This document shows positions 25,932-40,274 of a stretch of 64,000 nt of DNA, piece by piece. The DNA lies in contig OZ241831.1 in the NCBI GenBank assembly GCA_965202585.1, forward strand, positions 31,372,001 through 31,436,000, given 5' to 3'. The stretch is from Thalia democratica. Taxonomy: Eukaryota. Position 1 is the stretch's first letter; each line of letters starts with the position of its first letter. Position numbers and translations under genes: made by a program. The notes under the pieces are model-generated. The model saw only the letters and a list, made by a program, of their open reading frames with translations, searched no databases and was not told where the DNA came from.

Positions 25932-28900
25932 ACGCTAAACAACCGGTCCTTTTTAGGACCACCATTTGAATAGAACCAGCTGTTCATGTTTACTTAAAGT
26001 ACAAGAATATAAGCTTAGTACAAATAAATTCTTATTTGTGTAAATTAAAAACTCATATACTTGAATGAACACACTTTTTTTTTTGTTTCAAATACTTTAT
26101 AAACTTGTAACTCGTTATATTGTAGAAAAAGCATTGCATTAGTCTAAAAACAGTAGTAGTGCTTGTTATCAAATGGTTTGTAAAAGATGTTTAACTAACT
26201 TGATTTTGTTGTCCGTAAGATTTTTCATCTGAATACTTTTTGTACAAAACATTTCATTTGCTGAAGTTCTGTTGAAACATTCAATAAATAAGTGCTTACA
26301 AAAAAGTATCATCTTTTTAAACATAAATGTATATCACTTATAACATGCAAAAACTTAGTTGTAACTTTATTTTAAGTTGTTGTTGATTATTAGTAACACA
26401 ACCGAGCTTTAACTTTTTAAACGAGTTCTTCTTATCAACTTAACTGCAATTGAAGCCATGTAACACGTTTTAAAAAGTTACGAATACATAAATGAATACA
26501 AAAATGGTTGTTCAAAACAAAAAATTACAGATGTGTTTTTCAAGTAAAATAACATATTCCTTCTTTCAAAGCTAACTTCTGTTTAGCATATTCAAGAAAC
26601 ATTTTCAATTCAAAACATAAACACACAAAACAAACCAGCTCATTGGTTGAAACTTGGTAAAACACAAAAAAGTAACTGCTTGTACTTTTTTAAGTAATTT
26701 ATTATTCTAGTTTTCAATGTAAAAGGTACTTGTTTTAACTAGATATGACACAACTTACTGACCTTTAACAACTCTAGTAGTTTGTTGAAAGTTATGTTTC
26801 TACATATCTAAAGTAATCAGGACCACCAGTTGATTTAAGCAGCTACTAATGTCGAGTAAACAGTGTCTAACAAGCTTAAACTAAGCGACAAAAAAATGTA
26901 CAAATTTGTATCTACATTGTGCGTGTTGGTAAAAAGTAACAGTTAGTGTATTTCAATAACTTCTAAATAAACTTTCTAAAACTGAATTTCTCTGTTTTTA
27001 TTTCTACTAGTTAGTTACACTTACTTTAGTTTTTGTAGTTCCACTTGACATTTTAAACTACTTTTGATAATGTAGAATAAGTTTTTCTGCTTCACTAGTA
27101 TTTAAATGTTAGGTAAAAATATTTTTTAATGGGAATTTTCTTGTTTAACTTATTGTTTAAACAAAACTTATTCTAGTTCATTTTACTTTGTAAACTTGTT
27201 TTTCAAACACTCAATAGATATTTGTTGTTAGTTTAATAAAAAAATCAATCTGTCACTAAATAAAAATTTATGCTTAAATAAGACATTATATTAAATGAGA
27301 AGAAAAATTTACTTTGCGTTGATACTAAAAATGCTCAATGATATTTATTTAAGGTCTGATTGTCAAATAAGTATTAGTTTTATTTATCAGAATGCAAATG
27401 AAACAATAAAAAACTGTTTAAAAGTTGAACAGTGAAACTAATGTAGACAACAGTGATTGTTTAAAACAAACATACAATTGAAATAATCTTTCTGCTTACA
27501 AAGCTCATACTTGTTTTGTTGAACTCATTTTTTCTGTGGCTATGACAAATTACAAAATGATTCCACGGTAAAAAAGAACAGCTTGTTACAATTTTTTGTA
27601 ACTCTTTTTTAAACTATGTATGAGACAACTCAAAACGACGATACTTGTTTGTTTTAAGCTATGTACTTTTTAAATCTAAAGATTAGGTGGATCACCAATT
27701 AATTACACAAGCTACTAATGACTACTAAACTCAACAACACAAATAAACATACTTAATCAACTTTGTGGTGATAAAGAATCAAAAACATATTTTCTTCCAA
27801 GTTATAAAACCTATTATTTATTAAATACCTAGCTTGCCAAATTTCTCTACTATACTTTTTTTATGCAACTGTTAAGAAGGGAACTCTGGCTAGATAACTG
27901 CTCTAATCCTTACTTTATTGCTTACTATTATCGAATGCTTAGTGAAAAGCTTTAACTAACTTGAGTGTCTTTTTCGTGGCCTTTTTCCTTTTAACTTTCT
28001 TTTCCAAATAAAACTTATTCTCATTAACTTTGTGGACATTTTTTAATTCAATATTTCATTTGTTTTTTAGTTTATTAAAAAAAAAACTGTGCCTACGTCA
28101 CTGTAAAATCTATTTGTATTTTTCAATGAAAATAGTACGCTTAAACAGAAATAAAAATAAAACTTTGACTTATTAACTGAAAACGTTTTAAACTGTTAAT
28201 AACAAACAATGTTTAGTGTCCTTAAAAAATACTGTTCAATTACAATTAAACTACAACTGAAACATGCTTAACAATTCAAAACTGGTGTAACACATAAATG
28301 TAAACAACATCGATTGTTCAAAAGAAAGAGAACACTATTAACAAGTACACAATTTACAAAACAAAATACCTTAATAAAATGATGAACTTGTATATATAAA
28401 TCGTTTATATTACATCTACTTACTTGATTTAAGCTTTCTAATCTTGTCAAGCATATGAAATAAACCAATTGATTAGCTAAAACATGGTACAAAGAAAAGA
28501 AGTAAAAAACTTGTTACCACTTGTTTGTTACCCTTATGTACGCTATACATAAGAAAACTAAAATTACTGTAACTTGTTGCTTTAAGCTGTGTAGTTTTTA
28601 TAAATCTAAAGAAGAAAAAAAACTGGACAAAGCAAAACCAAAACTTTTTTAGCCTTCATTTTTTACAGCTTATTATGTGATGGTACAAGTTCCATAATAG
28701 GCAAACAACAATGTAAAACTTTAAATCAAGCAAATACTTTGTTTTATATGGTCTATAATTTAATAAGATAACAGTTACTTTGTTTCAAGTTTATATGTTA
28801 TTGCTACAACAGCTATGTTCTTAACGACATCCGAGAATAAAATGTAACTTATCCTAAGCTGTGTTTTTAACTACATTAACAGTAAGTTAGAGATAACTAG

Positions 28901-30393
28901 TTACGAATTTTGAAAAGCAAAACATTTAGTCAATGAAATAAATGGTACAGAACATTATGATTAATCTAGGTTGAGTAAACTAGGAAATCACTATTAGCAG
29001 TAAAGCAGTTAAAACACATGTTTAACTTGGTAAACACTTCAATCGTAAACTTTAAAAAACAGTACTGTTGTTGTTTCAAAATATGTGTCAAGAAAGTAGT
29101 AAGTTGTTCTATGTTGTTTCGACTGACTTTAAATTTATGAGAAGTGACAAAACAAAGTTTGAAAAAAAAACTTAATTGCATTATTTTCCAGTTAAAAAGT
29201 TTCAAAGATAGATTGAAAGGTTATGAGTGCTGATTGTAAACAAAGCTTTATTCAAACACTAAGTTTGTCAATCTTATTTCAAAACTTTTTCATTTCGATT
29301 TTCTTACTCGATTTTATTTTGTATATAATGCTGCTTAAAAAATAAACCAACCTCTTTTTTTACGTATAATTTTTCATCCAAAAGGTATCAGCTTTTGTTT
29401 AAGTTCAAATTTAGTGCTAGTGTGCATAAGCTTTTTCGACTTATTTACTTCTTTGAATTTAATTAACTTTATTTTGTTCGGAAAATTTACAACCAAATCC
29501 ATTTGTTCACTTTTATCAGCACACTTTATTCGGTTGAAATCTGCAAAGTTAAAGTTCTTAGTTTGATCAAGGTTTAAGTTTAACGAGCAAAATTGCATCA
29601 GTTATTTTTTAAACTGTATAACACCTTGAATCAGTTGTTTGAAACACTAATTTTATGTTAAACTACTTACCTGTTAAACTAGTTTTCATATACACTGAAA
29701 AATAATAAAATTTGTGTTTAAATGTAGTTTACAACTTTCAAACAAGTATCATCATAGTTACTGTACAGCACGTTTTTGAAAGGTTGTTTGGAAAACTTTG
29801 TTGTAAGGTAAGTTACTAGTATGTGCAAGAACAAAGTTGTCTAGTCTGTTTAATAAAAGTTTTGAGTACATTGCTTATGAGTATATTGATTATGAGTAAT
29901 CATAACTAGTAAAGCTAAACAAAATGAACTCTTTTATTCTTTTGGAATTACTTTTTACACATTTTTTTACACATAAAAAGTTTGAGGTAAAAAAAACCTT
30001 GTGCTTTGTTAAAACTTTATTACTTTAGGTGAGCGGCAAAGGAAAACTCAGTCGGAAGTGTGTTAACATGTTTTGTTTCATTTATGTTTTTTTTAATGTA
30101 TTTAGAGGTGTGCTGTAAGATACAGGCTGTTATTTCTTGACTTTTCAAACTAATGATTTTAAAAAAATTACTTTTAGAAAAAGTTAGATATGGTTTCTTT
30201 CTTACTGGAACTTTTTCAACATTCGTAATAAGACAACTAAGTTTTTATAAGCATATATGTATTAAACAAACATGCTAATGCTTATATTAAGAAGTAAAAG
30301 GTACCTTGCAAAGCATAACTGCTCAACAGTCAATTCGTCACAGTCAGTAACTCTTGCAAGTATCGTTTTGGGTCGCTTTAATATTCATTCATC

Positions 30394-30954
30394 ATGTCTA
30401 CCACAGCAGTAGCAGCAGTACCAGCGCCAGCCGCAGCCAGGTCTTCCAAGAGACCAAGCGCCAAGAAGGCAGAGCACCCTACTTACAGGGAAATGATTAG
30501 CTCTGCCCTTGGAGCAATGAAGGAACGAAAAGGTACATCCCGCCAGAAGATACAAAAGTTTATCGCGGACACCTACAAGCTTGACCTCACAGCTTCTAAT
30601 TCTCACTTGAAGAGAGCACTTACCAGCGGCGTGACCAAAGGTGCTTTTCTCCAGACTACTGGAAAAGGCGCTTCTGGCTCGTTCAAGCTTGCTCCAATGC
30701 CAGCTGCTGGGCCCAAGAAGAGGACAAAGAAAGTAGCTAAAAAGCCAGCAGCAAAGAAGGCCCCAGCTAAAAAACCAAAAAAGAAGTGTGCTCCCAAGAA
30801 GGCTGCAAAAAAACCAGCAGCCAAAAAGCGACCTGCTAAAAAGTGCGCTCCTAAGAAGGCAGCATCTAAAAAAGCTGCAAGCAAGAAGAAGAAAGTAACC
30901 AAGAAGAAGCCGGCAGCCAAAAAAGCATCCAAGAAGAAGAGCTGCAAAAAATAA
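30394..30954 (+). CDS. H1: Histone H1, unit 5
   Basis: Protein identical to unit 1. Confidence 0.97.
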   Translation: MSTTAVAAVPAPAAARSSKRPSAKKAEHPTYREMISSALGAMKERKGTSRQKIQKFIADTYKLDLTASNSHLKRALTSGVTKGAFLQTTGKGASGSFKLAPMPAAGPKKRTKKVAKKPAAKKAPAKKPKKKCAPKKAAKKPAAKKRPAKKCAPKKAASKKAASKKKKVTKKKPAAKKASKKKSCKK

Positions 30955-31054
30955 GTTGTTCTTTTACCCAAGGTCCTTTTCAGGACCACTCTAACAAAAT
31001 ATAACGTAACTCAAAATGCATAAAACAATGCTAAGTTGAAAGTATGCAAATTAG

Positions 31055-31546
<492 letters not shown>

Positions 31547-31690
31547 GCGTTAGCTAAAACCGGTCCTTTTCAGGGCCACCTTTAAACTTTGACAGCGAGA
31601 AAAACTTAGCCAAATGTAAGTTAAGAGACTTTTTTGAGTATGCAAATTAGTTAGTAGTAACCGTACGCGTCCGTAACAGCTTGTATATAA

Positions 31691-32038
<348 letters not shown>

Positions 32039-32220
32039 TCGCTTTTAGCAAACCCGGTCCTTTTTAGGACCACCTAATTCAATGTAAAAGTTTTACAACA
32101 CTTTTGACAAGATTAAGCATTAGCTATGACATATGCAAATTAGTTTTTCGTTCGACGCGGTTAGGTATGAGTTTTATATTGAGCTGTGCAAGCTATCATC
32201 ACAATCATTCAAACAACAAA

Positions 32221-32587
32221 ATGTCAGGACGTGGTAAAGGATCAAAACTCAAATCTAAGCCGAAGAGCAGGTCTTCCCGTGCAGGACTGCAGTTTCCAGT
32301 CGGTCGCGTGCACCGGCAACTACAGCCAAAGAGTCGGAGCTGGTGCTCCAGTTTATCTGGCTGCCGTTCTCGAGTACTTGAGCGCAGAAGTGCTCGAGCT
32401 TGCCGGTAACGCTGCTCGAGACAACAAGAAAAGCAGGATCATTCCTCGCCATTTGCAACTAGCTATTCGCAACGACGAAGAGTTGAACAAACTTCTCGGA
32501 GGCGTCACAATTGCTCAAGGTGGTGTTCTTCCAAACATCCAGGCAGTACTATTGCCTAAGAAGACCGCTTCAAAAAAGTCAGCCTAA
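32221..32587 (+). pseudogene. H2A: Histone H2A pseudogene, unit 5 (14-bp frameshift deletion)
   Basis: GCACCG-cctgttgc-GCACCG is collapsed to one GCACCG (32310-32315). The ATG frame stops at 32409 after 62 aa. Confidence 0.92.
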
Positions 32588-32751
32588 GTTAAAAAAAAAC
32601 CAGGTCCTTTTCAGGACCACCAAAATATTTACAACAAACGAGAGAATTGTGAAGTGAGAGAAACCAGCTATCGTTCGCGTACGGAACTATGCTAATTTGC
32701 ATAATTTTTCAGTATATAAACTGGCGCCGAGACAGAGGTCCACGCATCATC

Positions 32752-33111
32752 ATGACAGCAACCAAAGGCGCGAAGAAGTCAGTAGCCAAGACCGCTCCGG
32801 TCGACGGCAAGAAGAAGCGAAGGAGGAGGAACAAAGAAAGCTTTGGCATCTACGTGTACAAAGTTTTGAAGCAAGTGCACCCCGACACCGGAATTTCCAG
32901 CAAGGCAATGGGAATCATGAACTCATTTGTCAACGACATCTTCGAGCGCATTGCAGCAGAGGCTTCACGTTTGGCTCATTACAACAAGAGGTCAACTGTT
33001 AGCAGCCGCGAAATTCAAACTGCTGTCAGGCTCTTGCTCCCCGGCGAGTTGTCAAAGCACGCAGTTTCAGAAGGAACTAAAGCTGTTACCAAATACACCA
33101 GCTCAAAATAA
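32752..33111 (+). CDS. H2B: Histone H2B, unit 5
   Basis: Protein identical to unit 1. Confidence 0.98.
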   Translation: MTATKGAKKSVAKTAPVDGKKKRRRRNKESFGIYVYKVLKQVHPDTGISSKAMGIMNSFVNDIFERIAAEASRLAHYNKRSTVSSREIQTAVRLLLPGELSKHAVSEGTKAVTKYTSSK

Positions 33112-36100
33112 ACGCTAAACAACCGGTCCTTTTTAGGACCACCATTTGAATAGAACCAGCTGTTCATGTTTACTTAAAGTACAAGAATATAAGCTTAGTA
33201 CAAATAAATTCTTATTTGTGTAAATTAAAAACTCATATACTTGAATGAACACACTTTTTTTTTTGTTTCAAATACTTTATAAACTTGTAACTCGTTATAT
33301 TGTAGAAAAAGCATTGCATTAGTCTAAAAACAGTAGTAGTGCTTGTTATCAAATGGTTTGTAAAAGATGTTTAACTAACTTGATTTTGTTGTCCGTAAGA
33401 TTTTTCATCTGAATACTTTTTGTACAAAACATTTCATTTGCTGAAGTTCTGTTGAAACATTCAATAAATAAGTGCTTACAAAAAAGTATCATCTTTTTAA
33501 ACATAAATGTATATCACTTATAACATGCAAAAACTTAGTTGTAACTTTATTTTAAGTTGTTGTTGATTATTAGTAACACAACCGAGCTTTAACTTTTTAA
33601 ACGAGTTCTTCTTATCAACTTAACTGCAATTGAAGCCATGTAACACGTTTTGAAAAGTTACGAATACATAAATGAATACAAAAATGGTTGTTCAAAACAA
33701 AAAATTACAGATGTGTTTTTCAAGTAAAATAACATATTCCTTCTTTCAAAGCTAACTTCTGTTTAGCATATTCAAGAAACATTTTCAATTCAAAACATAA
33801 ACACACAAAACAAACCAGCTCATTGGTTGAAACTTGGTAAAACACAAAAAAGTAACTGCTTGTACTTTTTTAAGTAATTTATTATTCTAGTTTTCAATGT
33901 AAAAGGTACTTGTTTTAACTAGATATGACACAACTTACTGACCTTTAACAACTCTAGTAGTTTGTTGAAAGTTATGTTTCTACATATCTAAAGTAATCAG
34001 GACCACCAGTTGATTTAAGCAGCTACTAATGTCGAGTAAACAGTGTCTAACAAGCTTAAACTAAGCGACAAAAAAATGTACAAATTTGTATCTACATTGT
34101 GCGTGTTGGTAAAAAGTAACAGTTAGTGTATTTCAATAACTTCTAAATAAACTTTCTAAAACTGAATTTCTCTGTTTTTATTTCTACTAGTTAGTTACAC
34201 TTACTTTAGTTTTTGTAGTTCCACTTGACATTTTAAACTACTTTTGATAATGTAGAATAAGTTTTTCTGCTTCACTAGTATTTAAATGTTAGGTAAAAAT
34301 ATTTTTTAATGGGAATTTTCTTGTTTAACTTATTGTTTAAACAAAACTTATTCTAGTTCATTTTACTTTGTAAACTTGTTTTTCAAACACTCAATAGATA
34401 TTTGTTGTTAGTTTAATAAAAAAATCAATCTGTCACTAAATAAAAATTTATGCTTAAATAAGACATTATATTAAATGAGAAGAAAAATTTACTTTGCGTT
34501 GATACTAAAAATGCTCAATGATATTTATTTAAGGTCTGATTGTCAAATAAGTATTAGTTTTATTTATCAGAATGCAAATGAAACAATAAAAAACTGTTTA
34601 AAAGTTGAACAGTGAAACTAATGTAGACAACAGTGATTGTTTAAAACAAACATACAATTGAAATAATCTTTCTGCTTACAAAGCTCATACTTGTTTTGTT
34701 GAACTCGTTTTTTCTGTGGCTATGACAAATTACAAAATGATTCCACGGTAAAAAAGAACAGCTTGTTACAATTTTTTGTAACTCTTTTTTAAACTATGTA
34801 TGAGACAACTCAAAACGACGATACTTGTTTGTTTTAAGCTATGTACTTTTTAAATCTAAAGATTAGGTGGATCACCAATTAATTACACAAGCTACTAATG
34901 ACTACTAAACTCAACAACACAAATAAACATACTTAATCAACTTTGTGGTGATAAAGAATCAAAAACATATTTTCTTCCAAGTTATAAAACCTATTATTTA
35001 TTAAATACCTAGCTTGCCAAATTTCTCTACTATACTTTTTTTATGCAACTGTTAAGAAGGGAACTCTGGCTAGATAACTGCTCTAATCCTTACTTTATTG
35101 CTTACTATTATCGAATGCTTAGTGAAAAGCTTTAACTAACTTGAGTGTCTTTTTCGTGGCCTTTTTCCTTTTAACTTTCTTTTCCAAATAAAACTTATTC
35201 TCATTAACTTTGTGGACATTTTTTAATTCAATATTTCATTTGTTTTTTAGTTTATTAAAAAAAAAACTGTGCCTACGTCACTGTAAAATCTATTTGTATT
35301 TTTCAATGAAAATAGTACGCTTAAACAGAAATAAAAATAAAACTTTGACTTATTAACTGAAAACGTTTTAAACTGTTAATAACAAACAATGTTTAGTGTC
35401 CTTAAAAAATACTGTTCAATTACAATTAAACTACAACTGAAACATGCTTAACAATTCAAAACTGGTGTAACACATAAATGTAAACAACATCGATTGTTCA
35501 AAAGAAAGAGAACACTATTAACAAGTACACAATTTACAAAACAAAATACCTTAATAAAATGATGAACTTGTATATATAAATCGTTTATATTACATCTACT
35601 TACTTGATTTAAGCTTTCTAATCTTGTCAAGCATATGAAATAAACCAATTGATTAGCTAAAACATGGTACAAAGAAAAGAAGTAAAAAACTTGTTACCAC
35701 TTGTTTGTTACCCTTATGTACGCTATACATAAGAAAACTAAAATTACTGTAACTTGTTGCTTTAAGCTGTGTAGTTTTTATAAATCTAAAGAAGAAAAAA
35801 AAACTGGACAAAGCAAAACCAAAACTTTTTTAGCCTTCATTTTTTACAGCTTATTATGTGATGGTACAAGTTCCATAATAGGCAAACAACAATGTAAAAC
35901 TTTAAATCAAGCAAATACTTTGTTTTATATGGTCTATAATTTAATAAGATAACAGTTACTTTGTTTCAAGTTTATATGTTATTGCTACAACAGCTATGTT
36001 CTTAACGACATCCGAGAATAAAATGTAACTTATCCTAAGCTGTGTTTTTAACTACATTAACAGTAAGTTAGAGATAACTAGTTACGAATTTTGAAAAGCA

Positions 36101-37574
36101 AAACATTTAGTCAATGAAATAAATGGTACAGAACATTATGATTAATCTAGGTTGAGTAAACTAGGAAATCACTATTAGCAGTAAAGCAGTTAAAACACAT
36201 GTTTAACTTGGTAAACACTTCAATCGTAAACTTTAAAAAACAGTACTGTTGTTGTTTCAAAATATGTGTCAAGAAAGTAGTAAGTTGTTCTATGTTGTTT
36301 CGACTGACTTTAAATTTATGAGAAGTGACAAAACAAAGTTTGAAAAAAAAACTTAATTGCATTATTTTCCAGTTAAAAAGTTTCAAAGATAGATTGAAAG
36401 GTTATGAGTGCTGATTGTAAACAAAGCTTTATTCAAACACTAAGTTTGTCAATCTTATTTCAAAACTTTTTCATTTCGATTTTCTTACTCGATTTTATTT
36501 TGTATATAATGCTGCTTAAAAAATAAACCAACCTCTTTTTTTACGTAAAATTTTTCATCCAAAAGGTATCAGCTTTTGTTTAAGTTCAAATTTAGTGCTA
36601 GTGTGCATAAGCTTTTTCGACTTATTTACTTCTTTGAATTTAATTAACTTTATTTTGTTCGGAAAATTTACAACCAAATCCATTTGTTCACTTTTATCAG
36701 CACACTTTATTCGGTTGAAATCTGCAAAGTTAAAGTTCTTAGTTTGATCAAGGTTTAAGTTTAACGAGCAAAATTGCATCAGTTATTTTTTAAACTGTAT
36801 AACACCTTGAATCAGTTGTTTGAAACACTAATTTTATGTTAAACTACTTACCTGTTAAACTAGTTTTCATATACACTGAAAAATAACAAAATTTGTGTTT
36901 AAATGTAGTTTACAACTTTCAAACAAGTATCATCATAGTTACTGTACAGCACGTTTTTGAAAGGTTGTTTGGAAAACTTTGTTGTAAGGTAAGTTACTAG
37001 TATGTGCAAGAACAAAGTTGTCTAGTCTGTTTAATAAAAGTTTTGAGTACATTGCTTATGAGTATATTGATTATGAGTAATCATAACTAGTAAAGCTAAA
37101 CAAAATGAACTCTTTTATTCTTTTGGAATTACTTTTTACACATTTTTTTACACATAAAAAGTTTGAGGTAAAAAAAACCTTGTGCTTTGTTAAAACTTTA
37201 TTACTTTAGGTGAGCGGCAAAGGAAAACTCAGTCGGAAGTGTGTTAACATGTTTTGTTTCATTTATGTTTTTTTTAATGTATTTAGAGGTGTGCTGTAAG
37301 ATACAGGCTGTTATTTCTTGACTTTTCAAACTAATGATTTTAAAAAAATTACTTTTAGAACAAGTTAGATATGGTTTCTTTCTTACTGGAACTTTTTCAA
37401 CATTCGTAATAAGACAACTAAGTTTTTATAAGCATATATGTATTAAACAAACATGCTAATGCTTATATTAAGAAGTAAAAGGTACCTTGCAAAGCATAAC
37501 TGCTCAACAGTCAATTCGTCACAGTCAGTAACTCTTGCAAGTATCGTTTTGGGTCGCTTTAATATTCATTCATC

Positions 37575-38117
37575 ATGTCTACCACAGCAGTAGCAGCAGT
37601 ACCAGCGCCAGCCGCAGCCAGGTCTTCCAAGAGACCAAGCGCCAAGAAGGCAGAGCACCCTACTTACAGGGAAATGATTAGCTCTGCCCTTGGAGCAATG
37701 AAGGAACGAAAAGGTACATCCCGCCAGAAGATACAAAAGTTTATCGCGGACACCTACAAGCTTGACCTCACAGCTTCTAATTCTCACTTGAAGAGAGCAC
37801 TTACCAGCGGCGTGACCAAAGGTGCTTTTCTCCAGACTACTGGAAAAGGCGCTTCTGGCTCGTTCAAGCTTGCTCCAATGCCAGCTGCTGGGCCCAAGAA
37901 GAGGACAAAGAAAGTAGCTAAAAAGCCAGCAGCAAAGAAGGCCCCAGCTAAAAAACCAAAAAAGAAGTGTGCTCCCAAGAAGGCTGCAAAAAAACCAGCA
38001 GCCAAAAAGCGACCTGCTAAAAAGTGCGCTCCTAAGAAGGCAGCATCTAAAAAAGCTGCAAGCAAGAAGAAGAAAGTAACCAAGAAAGCATCCAAGAAGA
38101 AGAGCTGCAAAAAATAA
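37575..38117 (+). CDS. H1: Histone H1, unit 6 (180 aa; 18-bp in-frame deletion in the C-terminal tail)
   Basis: One KPAAKK repeat is missing; junction at about 38086/38087. Confidence 0.96.
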   Translation: MSTTAVAAVPAPAAARSSKRPSAKKAEHPTYREMISSALGAMKERKGTSRQKIQKFIADTYKLDLTASNSHLKRALTSGVTKGAFLQTTGKGASGSFKLAPMPAAGPKKRTKKVAKKPAAKKAPAKKPKKKCAPKKAAKKPAAKKRPAKKCAPKKAASKKAASKKKKVTKKASKKKSCKK

Positions 38118-38217
38118 GTTGTTCTTTTACCCAAGGTCCTTTTCAGGACCACTCTAACAAAATATAACGTAACTCAAAATGCATAAAACAATGCTAAGTT
38201 GAAAGTATGCAAATTAG

Positions 38218-38709
<492 letters not shown>

Positions 38710-38853
38710 GCGTTAGCTAAAACCGGTCCTTTTCAGGGCCACCTTTAAACTTTGACAGCGAGAAAAACTTAGCCAAATGTAAGTTAAGAGACTTTTTTGA
38801 GTATGCAAATTAGTTAGTAGTAACCGTACGCGTCCGTAACAGCTTGTATATAA

Positions 38854-39201
<348 letters not shown>

Positions 39202-39383
39202 TCGCTTTTAGCAAACCCGGTCCTTTTTAGGACCACCTAATTCAATGTAAAAGTTTTACAACACTTTTGACAAGATTAAGCATTAGCTATGACATATGCA
39301 AATTAGTTTTTCGTTCGACGCGGTTAGGTATGAGTTTTATATTGAGCTGTGCAAGCTATCATCACAATCATTCAAACAACAAA

Positions 39384-39750
39384 ATGTCAGGACGTGGTAA
39401 AGGATCAAAACTCAAATCTAAGCCGAAGAGCAGGTCTTCCCGTGCAGGACTGCAGTTTCCAGTCGGTCGCGTGCACCGGCAACTACAGCCAAAGAGTCGG
39501 AGCTGGTGCTCCAGTTTATCTGGCTGCCGTTCTCGAGTACTTGAGCGCAGAAGTGCTCGAGCTTGCCGGTAACGCTGCTCGAGACAACAAGAAAAGCAGG
39601 ATCATTCCTCGCCATTTGCAACTAGCTATTCGCAACGACGAAGAGTTGAACAAACTTCTCGGAGGCGTCACAATTGCTCAAGGTGGTGTTCTTCCAAACA
39701 TCCAGGCAGTACTATTGCCTAAGAAGACCGCTTCAAAAAAGTCAGCCTAA
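39384..39750 (+). pseudogene. H2A: Histone H2A pseudogene, unit 6 (same 14-bp frameshift as unit 5)
   Basis: Single GCACCG at 39473-39478; the ATG frame stops at 39572. Confidence 0.92.
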
Positions 39751-39914
39751 GTTAAAAAAAAACCAGGTCCTTTTCAGGACCACCAAAATATTTACAACAA
39801 ACGAGAGAATTGTGAAGTGAGAGAAACCAGCTATCGTTCGCGTACGGAACTATGCTAATTTGCATAATTTTTCAGTATATAAACTGGCGCCGAGACAGAG
39901 GTCCACGCATCATC

Positions 39915-40274
39915 ATGACAGCAACCAAAGGCGCGAAGAAGTCAGTAGCCAAGACCGCTCCGGTCGACGGCAAGAAGAAGCGAAGGAGGAGGAACAAAGA
40001 AAGCTTTGGCATCTACGTGTACAAAGTTTTGAAGCAAGTGCACCCCGACACCGGAATTTCCAGCAAGGCAATGGGAATCATGAACTCATTTGTCAACGAC
40101 ATCTTCGAGCGCATTGCAGCAGAGGCTTCACGTTTGGCTCATTACAACAAGAGGTCAACTGTTAGCAGCCGCGAAATTCAAACTGCTGTCAGGCTCTTGC
40201 TCCCCGGCGAGTTGTCAAAGCACGCAGTTTCAGAAGGAACTAAAGCTGTTACCAAATACACCAGCTCAAAATAA
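39915..40274 (+). CDS. H2B: Histone H2B, unit 6
   Basis: Protein identical to unit 1. Confidence 0.98.
   Translation: MTATKGAKKSVAKTAPVDGKKKRRRRNKESFGIYVYKVLKQVHPDTGISSKAMGIMNSFVNDIFERIAAEASRLAHYNKRSTVSSREIQTAVRLLLPGELSKHAVSEGTKAVTKYTSSK

Noticed and set aside
32186-32587. 133-aa ORF that appears to rescue the frameshifted H2A C-terminus
   Set aside because: It starts at a GTG only a few bases after the TATA-like box, probably upstream of the cap site, and would lack the tail and alpha-1.
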